A stretch of 64,000 nucleotides of DNA from contig OZ024741.1 of assembly GCA_964016885.1 (NCBI GenBank), forward strand, positions 249,798,001-249,862,000. Reading direction: 5' to 3'. Source of the DNA: Eledone cirrhosa. Lineage: Eukaryota. Below the pieces are notes generated by a model. The model saw only the letters and a program-made list of their open reading frames with translations, ran no database searches and was not told the origin of the DNA. Positions 53,601 through 64,000 of this stretch are shown in pieces. Each line of letters starts with the position of its first letter. Position 1 is the stretch's first letter. A program made the translations under genes and the position numbers.

Positions 53601-55040
53601 ATTGTAAAAAAAATCAGGGGGAGATAATTTGTAAAAAAATCAGGGGGAGATAATTTGTAAAAAAAAAATCAGGGGGAGATAATTTGTAAAAAAAAATCAG
53701 GGGGAGATAATTTGTAAAAAAAATCAGGGGGAGATAATTTGTAAAAAAAATCAGGGGTAGATAATTTGTAAAAAAAATCAGGGGGAGATAATTTGTAAAA
53801 AGAATCAGGGGGAGATAATTTGTAAAAAAAATCAGGGGTAGATAATTTTCAGCCGTCCAAGGGGAGATAATTTCCATCCTTCCAAGGGGAGATAATTTCC
53901 AGCCGTCCAAGGGGAGATAATTTCCCGCCAGCCAAGGAGAGATAATATTTAAAAAAATCAGGCGGAGATAATTTGTAAAAAAAATCAGGGGGAGATAATT
54001 TGTAAAAAAATCAGGGGGAGATAATTTGTAAAAAAAAATCAGGGGGAGATAATTTGTAAAAAAAAATCAGGGGGAGATAATTTGTAAAAAAAAATCAGGG
54101 GTAGATAATTTGTAAAAAAAAATCAGGGTGAGATAATTTGTAAAAGAAAAATCAGGGGGAGATAATTTGTAAAAAAATCAAGGGGAGATAATTTCCAGCC
54201 GTCCAAGGGGAGATAATTTTCAGCCGTCCAAGGAGAGGTAATTTCTAGCCGTCCAAGGGGAGATAATTTCCAGCCGTCCAAGGGGAGATAATTTTTTTTA
54301 AAAAATCAGGCGGAGATAATTTGTAAACAAAAATCAGGGGGAGATAATTTGTAAAAAAAAATCAGGGGGAGATAATTTGTAAAAAAAAATCAGGGGGAGA
54401 TAATTTGTAAAAAAAATCAAGGGGAGATAATTTGTCAAAAAAAATCAGGGGTAGATAATTTGTAAAAAAAAATCAGGGGGAGATAATTTGTAAAAAAAAA
54501 ATCAGGGGGAGATAATTTGTAAAAAAATCAAGGGGAGATAATTTCCAGCCGTCCAAGGGGAGATAATTTTCAGCCGTCCAAGGAGAGGTAATTTCTAGCC
54601 GTCCAAGGGGAGATAATTTCCAGCCAGCCAAGGGGAGATAATTTGTAAAAAAATCAGGGGTAGATAATTTGTAAAAAAAAATCAGGGGGAGATAATTTGT
54701 AAAAAAAATCAGGGGGAGATAATTTGTAAAAAAAATCAGGGGTAGATAATTTCCAGCCGTCCAAGGGGAGATAATTTCCATCCTTCCAAGGGGAGATAAT
54801 TTCCAGCCGTCCAAGGGGAGATAATTTCCCGCCAGCCAAGGAGAGATAACATTTGAAAAAATCAGGCGGAGATAATTTGTAAAAAAAATCAGGGGGAGAT
54901 AATTTGTAAAAAAATCAGGGGGAGATAATTTGTAAAAAAAATCAGGGGTAGATAATTTCCAGCCGTCCAAGGGGAGATAATTTCCATCCTTCCAAGGGGA
55001 GATAATTTCCAGCCGTCCAAGGGGAGATAATTTCCCGCCA
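44660..55040 (+). repeat. ~10.4-kb copy of ~28863-39420, with one 180-bp deletion; includes another 4.4-kb super-unit at 48999-53412
   Basis: Offsets are 15797 (29216/45013), 15796 (30888/46684) and 15798 (37534/53332; GCTAGC 33117/48915). The offset becomes 15618 after ~53940 (38855/54473). Confidence 0.9.
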
Positions 55041-58000
55041 GCCAAGGAGAGATAATATTTAAAAAAATCAGGCGGAGATAATTTGTAAAAAAAATCAGGG
55101 GGAGATAATTTGTAAAAAAATCAGGGGGAGATAATTTGTGAAAAAAAATCAGGGGAGATAATTTGTAAAAAAAATCAGGGGGAGATAATTTGTAAAAAAA
55201 AATCAGGGGTAGATAATTTGTAAAAAAAAATCAGGGGGAGATAATTTGTAAAAAAAAAATCAGGGGGAGATAATTTGTAAAAAAATCAAGGGCAGATAAT
55301 TTCCAGCCGTCCAAGGGGAGATAATTTTCAGCCGTCCAAGGAGGTAATTTCTAGCCGTCCAAGGGGAGATAATTTCCAGCCGTCCAAGGGGAGATAATTT
55401 TTTTAAAAAAATCAGGCGGAGATAATTTGTAAACAAAAATCAGGGGGAGATAATTTGTAAAAAAAAATCAGGGGGAGATAATTTGTAAAAAAAAATCAGG
55501 GGGAGATAATTTGTAAAAAAAAATCAAGGGGAGATAATTTCCAGCCGTCCAAGGGGAGGTAATATCTAGCCATCCAAGGGGAGATAATTTCCAGCCGTCC
55601 AAGGGGAGATAATTTCCAGCCGTCCAAGGGGAGATAATATCCAGCCGTCCAAGGAGACATATTTTCCAGCCGTCCAAGGAGAGGTAATTTCTAGCCGTCC
55701 AAGGGGAGATAAGTTCCAGCCTCCAAGGGGAGATAATTTCCAGCCAGCCAAGGGGAGATAATTTGTAAAAAAATCAGGGGGAGATAATTTGTAAAAAAAA
55801 AATCAGGGGCAGATAATTTGTAAAAAAATCAGGGGGAGATAATTTGTAAAAAAAATCAGGGGGAGATAATTTGTAGAAAAAATCAGGGGTAGATAATTTT
55901 CAGCCGTCCAAGGGGAGATAATTTCCATCCTTCCAAGGGGAGATAATTTCCAGCCGTCCAAGGGGAGATAATTTCCCGCCAGCCAAGGAGAGATAACATT
56001 TAAAAAAATCAGGCGGAGATAATTTGTAAAAAAAATCAGGGGGAGATAATTTGTAAAAAAATCAGGGGGAGATAATTTGTAAAAAAAATCAGGGGTAGAT
56101 AATTTCCAGCCGTCCAAGGGGAGATAATTTCCATCCTTCCAAGGGGAGATAATTTCCAGCCGTCCAAGGGGAGATAATTTCCCGCCAGCCAAGGAGAGAT
56201 AATATTTAAAAAAATCAGGCGGAGATAATTTGTAAAAAAAATCAGGTGGAGATAATTTGTAAAAAAATCAGGGGGAGATAATTTGTAAAAAAAAATCAGG
56301 GGGAGATAATTTGTAAAAAAAATCAGGGGGAGATAATTTGTAAAAAAAATCAGGGGTAGATAATTTGTAAAAAAAAATCAGGGGGAGATAATTTGTAAAA
56401 AAAAATCAGGGGGAGATAATTTGTAAAAAAATCAAGGGGAGATAATTTCCAGCCGTCCAAGGGGAGATAATTTTCAGCCGTCCAAGGAGAGGTAATTTCT
56501 AGCCGTCCAAGGGGAGATAATTTCCAGCCGTCCAAGGGGAGATAATTTTTTTAAAAAAATCAGGCGGAGATAATTTGTAAACAAAAATCAGGGGGAGATA
56601 ATTTGTAAAAAAAAATCAGGGGGAGATAATTTGTAAAAAAAAATCAGGGGGAGATAATTTGTAAAAAAAATCAAGGGGAGATAATTTCCAGCCGTCCAAG
56701 GGGAGGTAATATCTAGCCATCCAAGGGGAGATAATTTCCAGCCGTCCAAGGGGAGATATTTTCCAGCCGTCCAAGGAGAGGTAATTTCTAGCCGTCCAAG
56801 GGGAGATAAGTTCCTGCCTCCAAGGGGAGATAATTTCCAGCCAGCCAAGGGGAGATAATTTGTAAAAAAATCAGGGGGAGATAATTTGTAAAAAAAAAAT
56901 CAGGGGGAGATAATTTGTAAAAAAATCAGGGGGAGATAATTTGTAAAAAAAAAATCAGGGGGAGATAATTTGTAAAAAAAATCAGGGGGAGATAATTTGT
57001 AAAAAAAATCAGGGGTAGATAATTTGTAAAAAAAATCAGGGGGAGATAATTTGTAAGAAAAATCAGGGGGAGATAATTTGTAAAAAAAATCAGGGGTAGA
57101 TAATTTTCAGCCCTCCAAGGGGAGATAATTTCCATCCTTCCAAGGGGAGATAATTTCCAGCCGTCCAAGGGGAGATAATTTCCCGCCAGCCAAGGAGAGA
57201 TAACATTTAAAAAAATCAGGCGGAGATAATTTGTAAAAAAAATCAGGGGGAGATAATTTGTAAAAAAATTAGGGGGAGATAATTTGTAAAAAAAATCAGG
57301 GGTAGATAATTTCCAGCCGTCCAAGGGGAGATAATTTCCATCCTTCCAAGGGGAGATAATTTCCAGCCGTCCAAGGGGAGATAATTTCCCGCCAGCCAAG
57401 GAGAGATAATATTTAAAAAAATCAGGCGGAGATAATTTGTAAAAAAAATCAGGGGGAGATAATTTGTAAAAAAATCAGGGGGAGATAATTTGTAAAAAAA
57501 AATCAGGGGGAGATAATTTGTAAAAAAAATCAGGGGGAGATAATTTGTAAAAAAAAATCAGGGGTAGATAATTTGTAAAAAAAAATCAGGTGGAGATAAT
57601 TTGTAAAAAAAAATCAGGGGGAGATAATTTGTAAAAAAATCAAGGGGAGATAATTTCCAGCCGTCCAAGGGGAGATAATTTTCAGCCGTCCAAGGAGAGG
57701 TAATTTCTAGCCGTCCAAGGGGAGATAATTTCCAGCCGTCCAAGGGGAGATAATTTTTTTTTAAAAATCAGGCGGAGATAATTTGTAAACAAAAATCAGG
57801 GGGAGATAATTTGTAAAAAAAAATCAGGGGGAGATAAATTGTAAAAAAAAATCAGGGGGAGATAATTTGTAAAAAAAATCAAGGGGAGATAATTTCCAGC
57901 CGTCCAAGGGGAGGTAATATCTAGCCATCCAAGGGGAGATAATTTCTAGCCGTCCAAGGGGAGATAATTTCCAGCCGTCCAAGGGGAGATAATATCCAGC

Positions 58001-61000
58001 CGTCCAAGGAGACATATTTTCCAGCCGTCCAAGGAGACGTAATTTCTAGCCGTCCAAGGGGAGATAAGTTCCAGCCTCCAAGGGGAGATAATTTCCAGCC
58101 AGCCAAGGGGAGATAATTTGTAAAAAAATTAGGGGGAGATAATTTGTAAAAAAAAATTAGGGGGAGATAATTTGTAAAAAAAAATCAGGGGGAGATAATT
58201 TGTAAAAAAAAATCAGGGGGAGATAATTTGTAAAAAAAAATCAGGGGGAGATAATTTGTAAAAAAAAAATCAGGCGGAGATAATTTGTAAAAAAATCAAG
58301 GGGAGATAATTTCCAGCCGTCCAAGGGGAGATAATTTTCAGCCGTCCAAGGAGAGGTAATTTCTAGCCGTCCAAGGGGAGATAATTTCCAGCCGTCCAAG
58401 GGGAGATAATTTTTTTAAAAAAATCAGGCGGAGATAATTTGTAAACAAAAATCAGGGGGAGATAATTTGTAAAAAAAATCAGGGGGAGATAATTTGTAAA
58501 AAAAATCAGGGGGAGATAATTTGTAAAAAAAATCAAGGGGAGATAATTTGTAAAAAAAAATCAGGGGTAGATAATTTGTAAAAAAAAATCAGGGGGAGAT
58601 AATTTGTAAAAAAAAAATCAGGGGGAGATAATTTGTAAAAAAATCAAGGGGAGATAATTTCCAGCCGTCCAAGGGGAGATAATTTTAAGCCGTCCAAGGA
58701 GAGGTAATTTCTAGCCGTCCAAGGGGAGATAATCTCCAGCCAGCCAAGGGGAGATAATTTGTAAAAAAATCAGGGGTAGATAATTTGTAAAAAAAAATCA
58801 GGGGGAGATAATTTGTAAAAAAAATCAGGGGGAGATAATTTGTAAAAAAAATCAGGGGTAGATAATTTCCAGCCGTCCAAGGGGAGATAATTTCCATCCT
58901 TCCAAGGGGAGATAATTTCCAGCCGTCCAAGGGGAGATAATTTCCCGCCAGCCAAGGAGAGATAACATTTAAAAAAATCAGGCGGAGATAATTTGTAAAA
59001 AAAATCAGGGGGAGATAATTTGTAAAAAAATCAGGGGGAGATAATTTGTAAAAAAAATCAGGGGTAGATAATTTCCAGCCGTCCAAGGGGAGATAATTTC
59101 CATCCTTCCAAGGGGAGATAATTTCCAGCCGTCCAAGGGGAGATAATTTCCCGCCAGCCAAGGAGAGATAATATTTAAAAAAATCAGGCGGAGATAATTT
59201 GAAACAAAAATCAGGGGGAGATAATTTGTAAAAAAATCAGGGGGAGATAATTTGTAAAAAAAAATCAGGGGAGATAATTTGTAAAAAAAATCAGGGGGTG
59301 ATAATTTGTAAAAAAAATCAGGGGTAGATAATTTGTAAAAAAAAATCAGGGGGAGATAATTTGTAAAAAAAAAATCAGGGGGAGATAATTTGTAAAAAAA
59401 TCAAGGGGAGATAATTTCCAACCGTCCAAGGGGAGATAATTTTCAGCCGTCCAAGGAGGTAATTTCTAGCCGTCCAAGGGGAGATAATTTCCAGCCGTCC
59501 AAGGGGAGATAATTTTTTTAAAAAAATCAGGCGGAGATAATTTGTAAACAAAAATCAGGGGGAGATAATTTGTAAAAAAAAATCAGGGGGAGATAATTTG
59601 TAAAAAAAATCAAGGGGAGATAATTTCCAGCCGTCCAAGGGGAGGTAATATCTAGCCATCCAAAGGGAGATAATTTCCAGCCGTCCAAGGGGAGATAATT
59701 TCCAGCCGTCCAAGGGGAGATAATATCCAGCCGTCCAAGGAGACATATTTTCCAGCCGTCCAAGGAGAGGTAATTTCTAGCCGTCCAAGGGGAGATAAGT
59801 TCCAGCCTCCAAGGGGAGATAATTTCCAGCCAGCCAAGGGGAGATAATTTGTAAAAAAATCAGGGGGAGATAATTTGTAAAAAAAAAATCAGGGGGAGAT
59901 AATTTGTAAAAAAATCAGGGGGAGATAATTTGTAAAAAAAAAATCAGGGGGAGATAATTTGTAGAAAAAATCAGGGGTTGATAATTTGTAAAAAAAATCA
60001 GGGGGAGATAATTTGTAAAAAAAATCAGGGGGAGATAATTTGTAAAAGAAATCAGGGGTAGATAATTTTCAGTCGTCCAAGGGGAGATAATTTCCATCCT
60101 TCCAAGGGGAGATAATTTCCAGCCGTCCAAGGGGAGATAATTTCCCGCCAGCCAAGGAGAGATAACATTTAAAAAATCAGGCGGAGATAATTTGTAAAAA
60201 AAATCAGGGGGAGATAATTTGTAAAAAAATCAGGGGGAGATAATTTGTAAAAAAAATCAGGGGTAGATAATTTCCAGCCGTCCAAGGGGAGATAATTTCC
60301 ATCCTTCCAAGGGGAGATAATTTCCAGCCGTCCAAGGGGAGATAATTTCCCGCCAGCCAAGGAGAGATAATATTTAAAAAAATCAGGCGGAGATAATTTG
60401 TAAAAAAAATCAGGGGGAGATAATTTGTAAAAAAATCAGGGGGAGATAATTTGTAAAAAAAAATCAGGGGGAGATAATTTGTAAAAAAAATCAGGGGGAG
60501 ATAATTTGTAAAAAAAAATCAGGGGTAGATAATTTGTAAAAAAAAATCAGGGGGAGATAATTTGTAAAAAAAAATCAGGGGGAGATAATTTGTAAAAAAA
60601 TCAAAGGGAGATAATTTCCAGCCGTCCAAGGGGAGATAATTTTCAGCCGTCCAAGGAGAGGTAATTTCTAGCCGTCCAAGGGGAGATAATTTCCAGCCGT
60701 CCAAGGGGAGATAATTTTTTTAAAAAAATCAGGCGGAGATAATTTGTAAACAAAAATCAGGGGGAGATAATTTGTAAAAAAAAATCAGGGGGAGATAATT
60801 TGTAAAAAAAAATCAGGGGGAGATAATTTGTAAAAAAAATCAAGGGGAGATAATTTCCAGCCGTCCAAGGGGAGGTAATATCTAGCCATCCAAGGGGAGA
60901 TAATTTCCAGCCGTCCAAGGGGAGATAATTTCCAGCCGTCCAAGGGGAGATAATATCCAGCCGTCCAAGGAGACATATTTTCCAGCCGTCCAAGGAGAGG

Positions 61001-61100
61001 TAATTTCTAGCCGTCCAAGGGGAGATAAGTTCCAGCCTCCAAGGGGAGATAATTTCCAGCCAGCCAAGGGGAGATAATTTGTAAAAAAATCAGGGGGAGA
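54180..61100 (+). repeat. More diverged homolog of ~4.9-11.9 kb (offset ~49.2 kb)
   Basis: Rare markers occur in the same order: GTCAAAA 5177/54436, CAGGGGCAGA 6544/55804, CAGGTGGA 7066/56243, shortened B7 block ~7497/56671, AAGTTCCTGC 7632/56808. The offset wanders from 49260 to 49172 through whole-monomer indels. Confidence 0.85.
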
Positions 61101-64000
61101 TAATTTGTAAAAAAAAAATCAGGGGGAGATAATTTGTAAAAAAATCAGGGGGAGATAATTTGTAAAAAAAAATCAGGGGGAGATAATTTGTAAAAAAAAT
61201 CAGGGGGAGATAATTTGTAAAAAAAATCAGGGGTAGATAATTTGTAAAAAAAATCAGGGGGAGATAATTTGTAAAAAAAATCAGGGGGAGATAATTTGTA
61301 AAAAAAATCAGGGGGAGATAATTTGTAAAAAAATCAGGGGGAGATAATTTGTAAAAAAAATCAGGGGTAGATAATTTCCAGCCGTCCAAGGGGAGATAAT
61401 TTCCATCCTTCCAAGGGGAGATAATTTCCAGCCGTCCAAGGGGAGATAATTTCCCGCCAGCCAAGGAGAGATAATATTTAAAAAAATCAGGCGGAGATAA
61501 TTTGTAAAAAAAATCAGGGGGAGATAATTTGTAAAAAAATCAGGCGGAGATAATTTGTAAAAAAAAATCAGGGGGAGATAATTTGTAAAAAAAATCAGGG
61601 GGAGATAATTTGTAAAAAAAAATCAGGGGTAGATAATTTGTAAAAAAAAATCAGGGGGAGATAATTTGTAAAAAAATCAAGGGGAGATAATTTCCAGCCG
61701 TCCGAGGGGAGATAATTTTCAGCCGTCCAAGGAGAGGTAATTTCTAGCCGTCCAAGGGGAGATAATTTCCAGCCGTCCAAGGGGAGATAATTTTTTAAAA
61801 AAATCAGGCGGAGATAATTTGTAAACAAAAATCAGGGGGAGATAATTTGTAAAAAAAAATCAGGGGGAGATAATTTGTAAAAAAAAATCAGGGGGAGATA
61901 ATTTGTAAAAAAAATCAAGGGGAGATAATTTCCAGCCGTCCAAGGGGAGGTAATATCTAGCCATCCAAGGGGAGATAATTTCCAGCCGTCCAAGGGGAGA
62001 TAATTTCCAGCCGTCCAAGGGGAGATAATATCCAGCCGTCCAAGGAGACATATTTTCCAGCCGTCCAAGGAGAGGTAATTTCTAGCCGTCCAAGGGGAGA
62101 TAAGTTCCAGCCTCCAAGGGGAGATAATTTCCAGCCAGCCAAGGGGAGATAATTTGTAAAAAATATCAAGGGGAGATAATTTCCAGCCCTCCAAGGGGCT
62201 ATAATTTCCAGCCGTGCAAGGGGAGATAATTTCCAGCCGTCCAAGGGGAGTTAATTTCCATCTTTCCAAGGGGAGATAATTTCCAGCCGTCCAAGGGGAG
62301 ATAATTTCCCGCCAGCCAAGGGAAGATAATTTTTTAAAAAATCAGGCGGAGATTGTAAAAAAAATCAGGGGGAGATAATTTGTAAAAAAAATCAGGGGGA
62401 GATAATTTGTAAAAAAAATCAGGGGGAGATAATTTGTAAAAAAAATCAGGGGTAGATAATTTTCAGCCGTCCAAGGGGAGATAATTTCCATCCTTCCAAG
62501 GGGAGATAATTTCCAGCCGTCCAAGGGGAGATAATTTCCCGCCAGCCAAGGAGAGATAACATTTAAAAAAATCAGGCGGAGATAATTTGTAAAAAAAATC
62601 AGGGGGAGATAATTTGTAAAAAAATCAGGGGGAGATAATTTGTAAAAAAAATCAGGGGTAGATAATTTCCAGCCGTCCAAGGGGAGATAATTTCCATCCT
62701 TCCAAGGGGAGATAATTTCCAGCCGTCCAAGGGGAGATAATTTCCCGCCAGCCAAGGAGAGATAATATTTAAAAAAATCAGGCGGAGATAATTTGTAAAA
62801 AAAATCAGGGGGAGATAATTTGTAAAAAAATCAGGGGGAGATAATTTGTAAAAAAAAATCAGGGGGAGATAATTTGTAAAAAAAATCAGGGGGAGATAAT
62901 TTGTAAAAAAAAATCAGGGGTAGATAATTTGTAAAAAAAAATCAGGGGGAGATAATTTGTAAAAAAAAAATCAGGGGGAGATAATTTGTAAAAAAATCAA
63001 GGGGAGATAATTTCCAGCCGTCCAAGGGGAGATAATTTTCAGCCGTCCAAGGAGAGGTAATTTCTAGCCGTCCAAGGGGAGATAATTTCCAGCCGTCCAA
63101 GGGGAGATAATTTTTTTAAAAAAATCAGGCGGAGATAATTTGTAAACAAAAATCAGGGGGAGATAATTTGTAAAAAAAAATCAGGGGGAGATAATTTGTA
63201 AAAAAAAATCAGGGGGAGATAATTTGTAAAAAAAATCAAGGGGAGATAATTTCCAGCCGTCCAAGGGGAGGTAATATCTAGCCATCCAAGGGGAGATAAT
63301 TTCCAGCCGTCCAAGGGGAGATAATTTCCAGCCGTCCAAGGGGAGATAATATCCAGCCGTCCAAGGAGACATATTTTCCAGCCGTCCAAGGAGACGTAAT
63401 TTCTAGCCGTCCAAGGGGAGATAAGTTCCAGCCTCCAAGGGGAGATAATTTCCAGCCAGCCAAGGGGAGATAATTTGTAAAAAAATTAGGGGGAGATAAT
63501 TTGTAAAAAAAAATTAGGGGGAGATAATTTGTAAAAAAAATCAGGGGGAGATAATTTGTAAAAAAAAATCAGGGGGAGATAATTTGTAAAAAAAATCGAG
63601 GGGAGATAATTTCCAGCCGTCCAAGGGGAGATAATTTTCAGCCGTCCAAGGAGAGGTAAATTCTAGCCGTCCAAGGAGATATAATTTCCAGCCGTCCAAG
63701 GGGAGATAATTTCCAGCCGTCCAAGGGGAGATAATTTTTTAAAAAAAATCAGGCGGAGATAATTTGTAAACAAAAATCAGGGGGAGATAATTTTTTAAAA
63801 AAAATCAGGGGGAGATAATTTGTAAAAAAAAATCAGGGGGAGATAATTTGTAAAAAAAATCAAGGGGAGATAATTTCCAGCCGTCCAAGGGGAGGTAATA
63901 TCTAGCCATCCAAGGGGAGATAATTTCCAGCCGTCCAAGGGGAGATAATTTCCAGCCGTCCAAGGGGAGATAATATCCAGCCGTCCAAGGAGACATATTT

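Larger units (their letters stand above)
1..64000 (+). repeat. Two-monomer tandem satellite array, roughly 2,400 monomers of 25-29 bp, all in the same orientation and running off both window ends
   Basis: The core GGGGAGATAATTT, or a 1-4 nt variant of it, recurs every ~25-29 bp from start to end. It is followed either by GT(A)7-10TCAG (type A) or by CCAGCCGTCCAA (type B). The count is estimated as 64000 / 26.2 bp mean monomer length. Confidence 0.99.

Noticed and set aside
119-63996. Hundreds of minus-strand ORFs of 60-250 aa (NYLPLIFFT, DGWKLSPLG repeats)
   Set aside because: They are translations of the 27-bp and 25-bp monomers in overlapping frames. Most begin at TTG from the reverse complement of CCAA or CAA. 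Frames are constantly broken by A-tract length changes and the 25-bp period, so there is no frame conservation and no domain signal.
1-64000. CRISPR-like repeat-spacer array (constant core plus variable linker)
   Set aside because: The core is only ~16 bp and the linkers are 9-13 bp of just two kinds rather than unique 25-45-bp spacers. There is no leader and no cas gene.
1-64000. G-quadruplex array from the G4-G5 runs
   Set aside because: The G-runs are separated by ~21-24 nt, far longer than the 1-7-nt loops of stable canonical intramolecular quadruplexes.
1-64000. Shine-Dalgarno-like GGAG/AGGAGG motifs, plasmid iterons or bacterial regulatory arrays
   Set aside because: GGAG is followed at once by ATAA with stop codons, there are no plus-strand ORFs, and no rep gene or other prokaryotic context appears in 64 kb.
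1-64000. Direct telomerase product
   Set aside because: A single RNA template cannot generate two linker types with position-specific variants inherited in 1.26-kb and multi-kb units. The pattern indicates DNA-level duplication.
1-64000. Transposon-derived array (e.g. internal tandem repeats of a Helitron/Helentron or MITE)
   Set aside because: No termini, subterminal inverted repeats, target-site duplications or coding remnants lie within the window. The array edges would be needed to test this origin.
1-64000. Purely synthetic sequence or a sequencing concatemer artefact
   Set aside because: Nested, lineage-consistent variants and rearrangements at several scales fit natural satellite evolution. 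Only the copy number of the youngest large blocks remains in doubt.

Overview
The whole 64 kb window is one uninterrupted, head-to-tail satellite DNA array. I found no genes, RNA genes, transposon fragments, inversions or unique sequence. It is built from two monomer types that share the 16-bp core CA(A/G)GGGGAGATAATTT. Type A is TCAGGGGGAGATAATTTGT(A)7-10 (26-29 bp, ~30% GC). Type B is CCAAGGGGAGATAATTTCCAGCCGT (25 bp, 52% GC). Runs of the two types alternate in a canonical 48-monomer higher-order repeat (HOR) of ~1257 bp, B9-A9-B4-A4-B4-A9-B4-A5, in which many positions carry their own diagnostic variant or A-tract length. Rearranged HORs are grouped into near-identical multi-kb duplications (offsets ~4.4, 7.6, 15.8 and 16.2 kb). 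The two ends of the window are more diverged relatives of each other (offset ~49.2 kb). All listed ORFs are artefacts of translating the repeat. The most likely source is eukaryotic heterochromatin (centromeric, pericentromeric or subtelomeric), but I cannot name the organism or satellite family, and any function is inference. All counts and offsets were read by eye or taken from the ORF track, so block boundaries are approximate.
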